From contig CP060760.1 in assembly GCA_023205875.1 (NCBI GenBank), positions 372,001 through 436,000 on the forward strand: DNA of 64,000 nt. Reading direction: 5' to 3'. Each line of letters begins with the position of its first letter. The first letter of the stretch is position 1. The position numbers were made by a program, and so were the translations under genes. Source of the DNA: Chloropicon primus. Lineage: Eukaryota. The notes below the pieces were generated by a model. It ran no database searches. It was not told the origin of the DNA and saw only the letters and a program-made list of their open reading frames with translations. Positions 21,691 through 33,017 of this stretch are shown here, in pieces.

Positions 21691-22078
21691 GGCGATCGCG
21701 ATACGTGGAAACGACCTCTCCTCTCCTCTCTCTTCCTCTCAGCATCAAAGGGGGGATGATGGAGAAGCCCAGAAGTTGTTTTGGGATGGGAGGAGGAGGA
21801 GGAGGGACTTGACCAAGTCGCTTGAGGGCACACGGGAAGATCGTCCTGGATGACAACCTGGTGAACGCCTTTCTGAACTTTTCTCAGCAGCAGCAACAGA
21901 TGCAGAAGAAGAGGACGGCGTTACCGTGACCTGGGATCGTGTGATCGGTAAACGGCCTCCCCCTCCACTTGAACTGATGTCCAAGCTCCAAGCTTGTTGG
22001 TGGTGGTGGTGGTGGTGGTCTTGAACGATTCGAATGGTCTTGTCGGTTGTTGTTACAAGAAAGTTTACCACTTTCTCT

Positions 22079-25000
22079 TTAGAGCAGGAAGAAGTAAAAG
22101 GAGGCAAAGTGTATGAAGTCGCCTTTGCGGTCGAACTCGTCCAAGTACAGGACCACGGTCGCGGACGCGACCGTTTGCGCGGGGTCCTCAAAGAGCTTCC
22201 TCACCAAGGACTCCTTCCTCTTCTTGTCTTCCTTGGAGTAGCCCCACGACGCCAGGAGGGCCTCCTTCGTGGAATAGGGAGTTGCCCTCAACTTCTTGAT
22301 GAGGTCCTGGCGCTCGCCGGCAAGCTTCTTGGCTGCAGCCACCTTTTGATCAGGAGTCATCGCTTCCTTGAGCCACTGGAGCCTGTGCATCTCCAGCGAA
22401 AGGACGTTCGCGTCCTCCTTGACGAGCGAGCCGACAAACCTGGAGCGGTGCCTCAAGGGGACATGCAGGTCCTTCCAGAGCTTGACGATGGCTTGCAATT
22501 CCGCGGTGTCCTTGAACGCCGAGAGCTTGGCTTCCACGCTGTCCCTCTCGAACTCGATGATGCGAGGGGCGCTCTCAGAATTTCTGACGGACTGGGCGAG
22601 CTCCTCCCTGAGCCGAGCCACCTCGCTGGCGTGCTCCTCCCTCAAGCCGGCGATCTCCTTGGCGTGCTGCTCCCTGAGCGTGTTCATGGCATCGGCGGCT
22701 TCGTCTGCAGCAGCTTCTGCCAGGTCAGCCCTGAGCCGGGACATCTCGCTGGCGTGCTCCTCCTCCAAGCCAGCAATCTCTCTGGCGTGCTGCACCGTCA
22801 GCATCTCCATGACCTCCTCCTGCCTCGCAAGGGCGCTGCGGAGGTCCTCTTCGTGCTCCTGCTTCAACTCGGCCTCCTTGATCTCCTTGGCAGCCGCAGC
22901 CTGGGCAGCCTCCTCCTTCAGTTGTGCCACTTCCTTTGCGTGATCGTCCTGCAGCGAAGCAATTGCTGCATCGGCCTGCTTCTCCAAGGCTTCCTGAAGG
23001 GAGAAGAGGGCGTCGTTTCTCTTCGCCAGAGTCTCAATCTCCTGGCGCAAGATCGCACCCTCCTCCTCAAGGGAGAGCCTCTGCTGCTCAAGCGCCCTTT
23101 CCTTGTCGCTCTCGCAGTTGCCCTCAACAACAGCAATCTGCTGGGCAAAGGCAGCCTCCATGGACGCCTTCATGCTTGTCAGGGCGTCAGCCATCTCCTT
23201 CGCTGATCTTTCTTCGAATGCGATCTTGGCCTCGGAAAGCGAAGCCTCGGCGCGGGATCTCTCCTCCTCGATCACCCAGGCCTTCTCATCAGCATTGGCC
23301 CGAGTGAGCTCATCTTTGATCTGCATCAGCTGGCGAGCGTGCTCCTCCCTGATAAGAGCAAGTTCGTTGGCGTGCTCCTCCCTCGACAGTGCAAGGATCG
23401 CGTCGGCCTCCGAAGCCTTTGATCCCAAGGCCTTTTCGAGGGCCTCCCTCGACTGCTGTTCGAGGCTCATCCTCAGATTGGAAAGAGCATCGTCCTTCTC
23501 ATTGGTGAGCTGCTCCGTGACATCGGCAAGAGCCGCTACCATCTGCTCCGCCGCAAATGCCTCGAGGGATGCCTTCTGGTTCCTGAGCATCTCTGACAAC
23601 TCCGCGGAGGATGCCTCTGTAATGGCGCGCTTCTGTTCCTCGAGGGCTTGCTGGAGGTCCTTCTCAAAGCGCGCCCCCAACTCGGTTTCCTGCGATGCCA
23701 GGGCACTCATCATGTCCTCTGCCAATTGGTTCTCCTGGACCTTCAACTTGGCATCAAACTCGAATGACGCGTTCGCTTGCTGAGCCTGGAGGTTCTTCAA
23801 CCTCTCCTCGTGGCGGGCCTCGAGGTTGTCCCGGATTTCGGCACAAGCTTCGATGTGCTCGCACACCAGCTTCTGTCGTTGCTCTTGCAAGGCATCTTCG
23901 AGCTTCTTTGACGCTTCTGCTCTGAGTTCCTCCTCCCTGAACTGCAGAGTCTCCCCAAGCTTCTTCGCCTGTTTCGCCCCAAGGCTTCTCAGCTTCTGTT
24001 CGTAGAGCGTCTCCGACTGCGAAAACTCGGAAGCCAACCGAAGAAGCTTTGCCTCCTTCTGCTGCAGCTGGGACAGCATGTCATTCACCTGAACGCCGTG
24101 CTCTTCTCTCATGCCGGCCAAGGTCCTCTCCATATCCAGTGCCCTGGTCTGCCATTCCACATCGAGATCCTTTCTGGATTGCATCTGCAGCGAGGCCAAA
24201 TCAGAGCTCTCCTTGACTTCCCTCTTCAGGCGGGCCAGTTCCAATTCCCACTGGGAGGTCTTCTTCGCATGCTCTTGGGCAACAACAGTAAGGAGGACCT
24301 GCTGTCCGTCATTGGCCTCCTCGGCGTCCTGGAGCGCCGCGTAGAGTGATTCAACTTGGCTCTTGAAGAGTTTGCAAGAAGTCATCGCCTCGCGGATGCA
24401 GAGGCCAAGCTCCTGCTTCCTGAAATCGCTCAAATGTGCACCCACCAAGTTCTCGGGCGTGTGGGGGCTGCCCTTCCCTAGCCCGCCTTCGTGCTCCCAA
24501 GTCACGCTTGCAGTTGACCTCAAAGGCAGTCTCGGAGTGTTTGGGCTGTTAGCAAGCGCATTGTTTGATCCGGTCCAACCCTGCATCTTCACCAATGCCG
24601 TCTCGAGCATGCTTGAGAACCTGAGCAGCTTCCTCGCATCGAATTTGTTCCTCTTCCTGAAGTTTCCTTTCTCGCCACTGCTCTCCTCAGTGTCCACCTT
24701 TTCGACCACCTTCTCCTCAACGTTCTTCAGCTGCGTCGTCTTGACTTCCAGGGCCTCTTCCAGTTCCTTGACCCGCCGCACGGCAGGCGAGACCAGAGCA
24801 GCCTTGCTTCCGATTTTATCGAGGGAGCCCTCCAGATTGGCGATCTGGGCTTCCAAGACCATTGCACTCTGCTGAGCTGCATGGATGTCCTCTTCCTGCT
24901 GCTTCTCCAATTCTCTCAAGCGCGCGGTCTCCTCATTTCTTTCCTCTCTCGACCTGTTCGCTTCCTCACAGAGGCGCTTGTTGAGGGCCTTCAAGTTGGA

Positions 25001-26803
25001 GATCTCCTTGGCTTGGTCATCGATGCACTTGCTCCTTTCTGCCAGCAGGTCGTCCTTCAGCGTGTTGCTCTCCTGCAATCTTGTGATCTCCTTCTCAGAC
25101 AAGCCGATCTCCGCCTCAAATTCCAGCATCTGCTTCTCGAGCAAGGCCTTGTCTTGCAGCCGGCCCTCCTTCAGGGACGCAACATGCCCATGAAGCGCCA
25201 AGAGCTCCTCCTGCTGCTTCTTCCTGGCCTCTCTGTACTTCTGAAGGAGCGGTGAGAAGAGCTGAGCCGTTGGTGGAGCGCTGGGGGTGACCTCGGTGCC
25301 TTCCCGACCGGGAGAGACCAGGCCCAGTGTGGTGTACACCTTCGGCACCTTCTTGCCATGGCGGTTGCCGGAATAGTGGGAAGCACTCACTGGAGTGGAG
25401 ACCTCTCGTGGCCCATGAAAGTAATTCAGGATGACCTTTGTCATCCCCTCAATTTTTTTCTTGAGCCTCTGGACCTCCTCATTCTCTCCGGCGCGCTCGC
25501 GATCCAAGTCCTCCAGCCGGAATTTCAGCCCCTCTATCTCCTTCTCGTACTTGAGCAGGAGGGAAGAGTTCACGACGTCGTCCTCCGCCTCGAGATTCTT
25601 CTTTGCAAGGTTCGTGATGTTCATGGCCCGGGACGCGAAGCTCAGGGTCCCCCTGGTCTGCTCGAGGTGCCACCCCCCGCCGGGAGATATGGTGCAAATC
25701 ATGGCGGTCTTGCTGTTGCCCCCGATCGCGTGCTGGAGCAGCCTGGTGAGCTTGGAATCCCTGTACGGGATGTGGCCGGCAGACCTTTCCGCGAGCCTGG
25801 ACACGACGTTGCCCAGGCAGAGCAAGGACTGGTTGATGGAGCAGCTCTCCTTCATGCCCAAGCCTGAGGTCTTCGTCTCGTGCACCCTCTCCGATCCCGC
25901 AAGATCGACCAGGTTCAGGCAAGACAATTGCAGCATCCTCGATCCCTCTTGGCGCCTCTCCAGGGTCAATCGAACCATGAGGTGGGACCTGGAGGACCTC
26001 TCGTTCACTTTCGTGCTCGCGGTCATTCGGTTGAGCTTGGCCGTCTGAAGCGCGGAGAGGAGAGTCTCCTGGGTGTCCACCTTCACCTCGCTCAGGCCCT
26101 CAACCACGACGCCCCCTGACTTGTTGTCGAGGAGCCTCAGGCCGTGGGCCGAGCCCCCGTCGCTGACGAGGAGATCGGTGACCCTCTCGTTGTACACCTC
26201 GAGAATGGACGCTCGCAGCAGAAACCTGTCCTGGCCGGATCTCGAGGCGTCCTCGATGAAGGAGAAGACGTCGCTGACGGCCAGATCGACGACGCCGTCC
26301 ATGGTGAACGTCTTCCCCGATCCCGTCTGGCCGTACGCGAAAACGGTGCCGTTGAAGCCTCCCAAGAAGCTATCCACGATGTCCGAGACGCCTCCCTCGT
26401 CGTAGAGCTGCTCCGTTGTCTTGTTGGGGCCGAACACCCGGTCGAAGGTGAACCTCGAGGGAGGCTTCTTCTGGGGGGTGAGGGGCGTCTGCGGAGGGGT
26501 CGGGGTGACGCGCTGCTCCCAATCGGAAGGCGTCGTGACGTTGCTCCTGTCCGCGAAGGGAATCTTTTCCGGAGTCGGGGTGGCCACGGCATCACCCAAG
26601 TCCAGTCCTTGCCTCGAGGCCACCCTCGCCGCGAGCTGTCGACCCACGCTCGTGGGGGCCTCCATAGCACAGTAGGCGGCCTCCACCCCGAGAACGACAT
26701 CGTTCGCGTTGCTGATTCTGACCGCGACCTCGCCGCAGGTCGCCCGCTCCTTCCTGCTGAAGGGCCGCAGCCGAATCAGCACCTTCATGTCGCTCCTCTC
26801 CAT
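22079..26803 (-). CDS. Kinesin-7 (CENP-E/NACK-like) with long coiled coil and NACK-type (DUF3490-like) C-terminal domain
   Basis: FAYGQTGSGKTFTM, NERSSRSH, LVDLAGSER, HIPYRDSKLTRLLQ; C-terminal IVKLWKDLHVPLRHRSRF...WG. Confidence 0.9.
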   Translation of the reverse strand: MERSDMKVLIRLRPFSRKERATCGEVAVRISNANDVVLGVEAAYCAMEAPTSVGRQLAARVASRQGLDLGDAVATPTPEKIPFADRSNVTTPSDWEQRVTPTPPQTPLTPQKKPPSRFTFDRVFGPNKTTEQLYDEGGVSDIVDSFLGGFNGTVFAYGQTGSGKTFTMDGVVDLAVSDVFSFIEDASRSGQDRFLLRASILEVYNERVTDLLVSDGGSAHGLRLLDNKSGGVVVEGLSEVKVDTQETLLSALQTAKLNRMTASTKVNERSSRSHLMVRLTLERRQEGSRMLQLSCLNLVDLAGSERVHETKTSGLGMKESCSINQSLLCLGNVVSRLAERSAGHIPYRDSKLTRLLQHAIGGNSKTAMICTISPGGGWHLEQTRGTLSFASRAMNITNLAKKNLEAEDDVVNSSLLLKYEKEIEGLKFRLEDLDRERAGENEEVQRLKKKIEGMTKVILNYFHGPREVSTPVSASHYSGNRHGKKVPKVYTTLGLVSPGREGTEVTPSAPPTAQLFSPLLQKYREARKKQQEELLALHGHVASLKEGRLQDKALLEKQMLEFEAEIGLSEKEITRLQESNTLKDDLLAERSKCIDDQAKEISNLKALNKRLCEEANRSREERNEETARLRELEKQQEEDIHAAQQSAMVLEAQIANLEGSLDKIGSKAALVSPAVRRVKELEEALEVKTTQLKNVEEKVVEKVDTEESSGEKGNFRKRNKFDARKLLRFSSMLETALVKMQGWTGSNNALANSPNTPRLPLRSTASVTWEHEGGLGKGSPHTPENLVGAHLSDFRKQELGLCIREAMTSCKLFKSQVESLYAALQDAEEANDGQQVLLTVVAQEHAKKTSQWELELARLKREVKESSDLASLQMQSRKDLDVEWQTRALDMERTLAGMREEHGVQVNDMLSQLQQKEAKLLRLASEFSQSETLYEQKLRSLGAKQAKKLGETLQFREEELRAEASKKLEDALQEQRQKLVCEHIEACAEIRDNLEARHEERLKNLQAQQANASFEFDAKLKVQENQLAEDMMSALASQETELGARFEKDLQQALEEQKRAITEASSAELSEMLRNQKASLEAFAAEQMVAALADVTEQLTNEKDDALSNLRMSLEQQSREALEKALGSKASEADAILALSREEHANELALIREEHARQLMQIKDELTRANADEKAWVIEEERSRAEASLSEAKIAFEERSAKEMADALTSMKASMEAAFAQQIAVVEGNCESDKERALEQQRLSLEEEGAILRQEIETLAKRNDALFSLQEALEKQADAAIASLQDDHAKEVAQLKEEAAQAAAAKEIKEAELKQEHEEDLRSALARQEEVMEMLTVQHAREIAGLEEEHASEMSRLRADLAEAAADEAADAMNTLREQHAKEIAGLREEHASEVARLREELAQSVRNSESAPRIIEFERDSVEAKLSAFKDTAELQAIVKLWKDLHVPLRHRSRFVGSLVKEDANVLSLEMHRLQWLKEAMTPDQKVAAAKKLAGERQDLIKKLRATPYSTKEALLASWGYSKEDKKRKESLVRKLFEDPAQTVASATVVLYLDEFDRKGDFIHFASFYFFLL

Positions 26804-27211
26804 GTCGCTCCTCTATCTCGCACGGCCTCTTCGCACGAAAAGAAAAAAGAAAAAAAAGCAAAGCAAAGGCAAAGAAGCCGCTGGCCGACGACGACGGCAA
26901 CTGGAGCGAGGCTCTCCCTCGTGGATCGGATCCCCTTCGTCGTCGGTGGTCCGTCCCTCGCGCGCCTCTCTCTCTCTCTCTTGATCGCCTGGGATCGAAG
27001 CCTGATTTTGAATTTTGGGCGCGAGATCGACGGTTATGGCCGTTAGGGAGAGAATCTTGATCTTGGGCGAAGGGCCTTGTTGTTGTTGGTGGTGGTGGTC
27101 GATCCCAAGTTGGGGGCTTCTTTGGTGGTTTGTTCTATTAATAATGTTGCCCTTTCCTTCTTAATAGTATTATCTTACACACGATTGGCCTGCGTCTTCC
27201 GTCCGTAGTGT

Positions 27212-28639
27212 TCACTCTCTGAGCCTCGTGATCACCATGTTGTACGCTCTCTTGACGCTGGAAATAAGAAGGATTTGGGGTTGCGTTGGGTGTGGCAGCG
27301 GCACCCGAAGTCAGTAAACTCAGTGGTTTCCCCGCGTCCATCTCGCGTGCGAAAGAAGAATCCTTACCTGTCCTCCGAGCCCTTGATGGTCACGGTCCTG
27401 GGCACAGACGCCCCCGGGACTTTCTCCGAGATCTTGATGTGAGTCCCCGTCTGGCTCATGATGCTCGTCACCACGCTCCCCCCCTTCCCGATGACTCCTC
27501 CGACGAGCTCGCCCGGCATCTTCACGACGCAGACGGTGACCATGCTCGCGGTGACCTGGGGCAGGCCAGGAAGTGGAGCCGACTCCGCGTCCGTCAGGTG
27601 GAAGCTCGGGGTGTTGAATTGGCTGGGGTGGAGCGGGGTCGCTATATGAGTCGCGTCCACCCCGTGAAAGTCCTTGATGTGGTGCATGTAGTCGGTCGAA
27701 TTCTTCACCAGCAGATCGAAGCAGAGCGCGACGGCCTTGAGCTGCTGGTCAATGGTTCCCATGATGGTCAGCAACCTGAAGGGCATCTGGTTGTGGTCCG
27801 ACACCTTCATCTGGCACCCGGTCTCCTGCATGATGGACTTGATGTTCGTCCCGCCCTTGCCGATGATCGCGCCGCACTCCTGGGACGGCATGATGAGCTT
27901 GAACTGAAAGTGCTGGAACGTGTCCTCGCTCACGATTTTGGACAGGATGAGGTGCAACCCAACGAGGACGCTGTTCATGCCCTGGGGCGAGGTGGCGGAG
28001 ATGGTGCAGATGCGGTCGCGGGTCCCCGGGAACATCTCGTTCTGCCGAGACACGTGAATTTTGGTCTGAGACTGTTTCATGAACTCGGTCACGTTGTCCC
28101 CTCCCTTTGCGAAGTGAAGTGAAGCGAGAACACAGCAAAGCAGGAAGAAGTTTAGTCCACGCGGCGAAGAACCCTTTCCCAGCAGTCGGGGGAGCTCGTC
28201 ACAGAGACCCTGCGAGGAGAAGGGCACGTACCTTTCCGATCACAGATCCCACAACATTAGCCGGCACGCAGAACTTTATCAAGGCCTCTTCCGCTGTGAC
28301 AGGCCCAGCCAGACCCAAACAAAAGAGTTGCAAATCAGAACCGAGTCAGTAGCTTGAATCGTGTCAGGGCGAATCGGACCTCCTCACCTGTTGCCTGCCT
28401 CTTCACATTCGCTTGAAGTAAGGGATCCATTTCTTCCTGCAGTAGCAACAGCAGCAACAGCAAACAACAGCGAGCAAAGACACCTTGTGGGTTAGTAACT
28501 CCCTTCCCAACTGAAATCGTTGGCAAGCAGTTGCGCAGCGGAGGGTGGATGCGCGCGCGCGCGCGCGCGCCTGGAATGCCTTGATGCCGAGAGGCAGCGG
28601 CCTCTCCCTCCGACGCACCTTTCTTTTCAGCGTTGACAT
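27212..28639 (-). CDS. Triple-KH RNA-binding protein (Nova/BTR1-like); exons 28639-28619, 28436-28388, 28293-28232, 28104-27368, 27257-27212
   Basis: Three GxxIGKGG loops (the first restored by splicing); SRQNEMFPGTRDRI resembles the Nova/BTR1 KH1 variable loop; all junctions in phase. The first exon is less certain. Confidence 0.82.
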
Positions 28640-29229
28640 GAGTTGCTCTTGTGCAACGCCTTCCACCTTGATCGATTGTTATATGTTTATAGGGGAGTTT
28701 GTTGATCCCAGAATTGGATGACTTCCCCGAGAGAGCGAAGACCTTGACGCGTCACAAGCGGATGAACAAGTCACCGGAGCTTCTTCTTCCCTGGCCTTTG
28801 AACGAAGTCCCTTCTCTATCGACAAAAGCAGCAAAGCGACAGCAGCGAAGTCTCTCTTCCTCTTCTCCACCGATTCGAAAATAAATTCTCCTTTTGCTTT
28901 TTTTCTCCCTCGGCCTCCTGCAGGATTGAGGATGAGTGGATGGGTGAGTGGATGGCGCAGGATGACTGCACCTGGTCCACAGGCTTGCGAGGTTGCACCC
29001 GCTTGATTCAGGTTTGAGGTGCCTGGTGCAATCTTGGCGCTTTCACGGATCGCAGAGTGGCGACTGGTTGAGGGATCCGATGATCGAGGCCTTCAAGTCT
29101 GGGACACCCCCCCGGCCGCGACGACCCCTTGGTGAGCGATTAACGAGGAAAGTCCAGCTTGGAACAGGTGTCGAGATCATACTTATAATATATTACAAAT
29201 CTATCTGATCTGCACAAGTGTGTTGCATT

Positions 29230-30920
29230 CTAGTTCGACCAGACGAATACCCTGCCCGACGCGTTTCCTGTGTAAATTTCATTCCTCTCCTCGTTGTAGA
29301 ACAGGGCGGTCACGTCACCGAGGGCGGCGTCTCCGCTGATCCTGCCCCCCCCGGGGGACAGGAGCAGGGACTCGTGGCTGCTCCCCTCGCAGCCTTTCTC
29401 CTCCTGCATTTGCCCGAGCTTGGCCTGGCACTTTCCGGTAAGTATGCTGGAAACGTTGATGGAAGCCAGGGACTTCTCTTCCCCCTCCTGCTTTGGCTTG
29501 CAGTAAGACACGATGAGGTCTTGCTCCTGAGTGATGTAGATGTTGTTCGTGTTGCAGTTCGGGTGCCAGAGCAAGTGGTCCTCGAAACTGGTCACGAGCT
29601 CTCCCTTGAAGTTCCAAACTTCGACTTGCCTGTCCCTAAACGTCAGGAAGAGGTGGTTCTCGTACAGGAAGATGAACGCGTTTGGGTTCATGAACTGGGT
29701 GTTCGCCACCTCGATGCACGCCCCGGAGCAAACATCCGTTATCCTCAGGTTCTCCTTCTCCTGCTTCACCAAGAGCTTCTCGTCGAATTGCTCCACAAAG
29801 TCCACCATCCTGTTCGGCATCAACGGGTGCATGAACTCCTTGAGGACCTTGCCGTCCTCCACGGACAATATCTTCAGAGGGACGTGGTCCTTGTTCTCGT
29901 AGTCGTGAATCAGGAGCAGGATCCCTGGGCTCACTTTGATCTCGCTGACGGTGCCGTCGTTAATCATGTAAAGCAAGTTGTAGTTCTTCAGGTCGAACAC
30001 CTTGTACACGTGCTTCTGCGCGTTGTAGGTGAGGACTTTCCCGTTCACGTCGTCAAACTCCACGAAGCCCGGCCACTGGAGGGACTCGTCCTCGAACAGG
30101 GGCATGCCCCCCTCCTGGGGCTCCCCCCTCCTGATGAACTCGAGGGGGGTGGACCTGCACTTCAGGGACGAGAAGTTGTCCGTCGCGTACACGCTCACGG
30201 TGATCAGCGTCTCGTTGTTCTTGTTGTAAAACAAGCTCCTCACCACCTCGTCGTCCTGGATGTTCAAGTAGCATAGCCGCTTGTTCGTTTCTCTGCAGAA
30301 GGCCGCGCAAACGCCCGAGTGGGCGAGCGCAAATATCATGCCCTTGGCTCCAACCTTGACGAGGTTGAAAAAGAAAAAAGCAAAGCAGGAAACACGCGCT
30401 TGTCAGAAAGGCGGATGGGGGGCCAAAGCTCGCTCGAGAATGCGGGGTGCAATTCACTCACAATTTCGACAACTTTGCTGCACTTCTTCAGAAAGTTGAG
30501 CTTCCACCGCTCGTTCTCCCTCGGGTCGTACGTGTTGAACATCTGCTGAACCTGCATTCGCTTGAACCTCTCGCTGCTGGACCTCTTGACGAACCCGAGG
30601 TTCCCTCTGTTGCTGAACTCTCTCTGAAGGATCTTGTGGAGGGAGTTCGAGCTGTGCAGCCTCTCCCTCTCGCACAGCCACTTCCTCTGCTTCTTCCTCC
30701 TTTCGAAGCGCTGGCTCAATTCCTGCGCCGGCTCGCAGCTCGCGCAAGCCCCGTCAGTCCCTTCCCCCGGGATCCTTCCCTCCTCTTCCCCGCTCCCCCT
30801 CCTCCTCTTCCTCAGGGGCGTCCCCAGGACCCTCCGGGTCATCACGTTCGGGCTGCTCAGCGAGGAAGACGCTCTGGGCTCCCCAGACCCACCAACACCA
30901 GCACCAGGACTGTTGAACAT
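29230..30920 (-). CDS. Conserved WD40/transducin-like protein of plants and algae; exons ~30920-30462, 30354-29230
   Basis: IFALAHSGVCAAF, RSLFYNKNNETLITVSVYA, WPGFVEFDDVNGKVLTY, FEDHLLWHP, ALFYNEERNEIYTGN...VWSN; start ATG is 30920 or 30842. Confidence 0.85.
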
Positions 30921-30947
30921 CTCGAACCAAGTCAAAGAGAGACAAGC

Positions 30948-31412
30948 CACGTTGCTCTGACTCCCTCTCAGGCACAAGACAATGCGATCACAAGGCAATG
31001 CGAGGCAATGGGGATTCTTTCCTCCCAATGCCTCCGTCCAGTTCCTCCCTCTTTCTTCGACCAGGTCCTCTGCAAGACCAAACCACGTTGCTCTCAAGCA
31101 CAAGACAATGCGAGCACAAGACCAAGCACAAGGACAAGCACAAGACTCGTCCTTCCTCACAATGCCTCCGTCTTCCTCCTCCTCGTCGTCGTCGTCCAGT
31201 TGCTCCTCTCTCTGCTCTTTCCTCGACCAGGTCCTCTGCAAGACCAAACCACGTTGCTCTCAAGCACAAGACAATGCGAGCACAAGACCAAGCACAAGAG
31301 CAAGCACAAGACTCGTCCTTCCTCTCAATGCCTCCGTCTTCCTCCTCCTCGTCGTCGTCGTCGTCGTCGCTCTCGTCGTCGTCGCTCTCGTCGTCGTCCA
31401 GTTGCTCCTCTC
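30948..31412. repeat. Three degenerate tandem units (~135-166 bp) with internal AGCACAAGAC subrepeats and (GTC)n tracts
   Basis: CCACGTTGCTCT at about 30948, 31083 and 31249; ACCAGGTCCTCTGCAAGACCAAACC repeated exactly. Confidence 0.85.
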
Positions 31413-31846
31413 TTCTGCTGGTGCAGCAGCTTGAAACGAAAATATTTTGAAATTTTTCTCTTCAATCTTCTCTCCTCAACGGCTGGATGAGGAAAACCTT
31501 TAATTCTGGATAAGGTTGTCAGGCATCGACAAAGAGTGGGACATCGTGCGATAGGGAGGGAGAAACAAGGGAAGGGGACCCAATACGCGTTCAGATCGTC
31601 TCGAGATCTTTCCGGTGCATGGTCGCATGAGTGGATTGACCCAGATATACGGTTCGGGGAAGGGTTTCCATTGGTTTGAGGTAGGGGGCCAGGTTTAGGG
31701 AGGAGGGGAGGTTTCACGACGGGGAGGGCAGGAGGTGGGGCGAGGATACGACGGAGGGGCGGGGATCGTCTCCCAGATTGTTCAAGTGGCGTCCTCCGAT
31801 GGACCATCGCGTGCCCACTCCGCGTCTTTGGCTCTGATTTGCTTCC

Positions 31847-32461
31847 ATGGAGGGAAGGGCGAGGACGGGGAACTCTTGGGTGAAGGGTTTCCTGGAGAAC
31901 AAGAGGTCCTGGGAGGTGGTGGACGGGTTCTACGCCAAGGCGGTGAGGAACCGGGAGATTTTGAACCCGCTGGTGCCGGCTGACCTGCTGAGGCGGGTCG
32001 AGAAGCGGGCGGAGTGCACCCACGGAGCGGGCAAGCCCAAAGGAGGCCGAGCCAAGAAAGAGGAGAGGACGACATACAAGGCCACCGTGGGATACCACGG
32101 CACGCGGTATTGCGGTTATAGCTGGCAGAAGGGGAAGGTCCACACGGTGGAGGCTCACCTGCAGAGGAGGCTGTGGCCGGAGCTGGAGAAGCAGCCGGTC
32201 CTGAGCTGCTCCGGGAGGACAGACAAGGGAGTTCACAGCGTGGGTCAGGTGTGCAGCTTTTACTCCTGGAAGGACATTCCGCTCGACCACCTCGGCAGGG
32301 CTCTCGCGGAACCGGATCCAGAGAGCGGAAACGAGCTCGGCGTGTACCACATAGAGAAAGTTCCCAGAAAGTTCCACGCGACATTCTCTTGCTTCTGGCG
32401 CTACTACAGTAAGTGAGAAAGGGATCAGCCTCCCTCCGATGTTCGACCCGATGCTGACGCG

Positions 32462-32495
<34 letters not shown>

Positions 32496-32921
32496 GTGTA
32501 CATCATACCGAACGAGGAGAAGGACATCAGTTCCCACCACTTGAGGCTTCTGCTCGCTCCGCTGGAGGGGAAGGAGCTGAGTTACGACGGTTTTGCGCGG
32601 GACACGCCAAAAGGAAAAAATCCAAATTGCGTGCTCCATTGCTGCAGGGTCACGGACTCTTCCATCGAGGTGGACGGGAAGCGCGTTGATGTCGTGCTGG
32701 TTCACTTGGTCGGCAACAGATTTCTGAGGAGGATGGTCAGAATCGTGGTCTCGACCCTCGTGAAGGAGGCCGTAGAGATCCAGAGGAGCGAAGGGGACAG
32801 CGAGTGGAACAAGATGGCGGACTTGGCAGAGATGGAAGACAGGACTGTGACGCAAACTCCGGCCCCTGCCTGTGGCCTTTGTCTCGTCAGGGTTGGCTAC
32901 GAGCCTTGGGAGGACTCCTAG
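31847..32921 (+). CDS. tRNA pseudouridine synthase, TruA family; exons 31847-32408, 32497-32921
   Basis: VGYHGTRYCG, SCSGRTDKGVHSVGQV (catalytic Asp), FHATFS..WRYY, GNRFLRRMVR, PAPACGLCL.RVGY. Confidence 0.9.
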
Positions 32922-33017
32922 AAAGGGCGTGTGCTGTATTGATTATTCCCAAAACAATTGTTTATTTATGTAATTGCGGCTCGAACAATACCCCGCCCCT
33001 CTCGCGGTGTGCCCATC

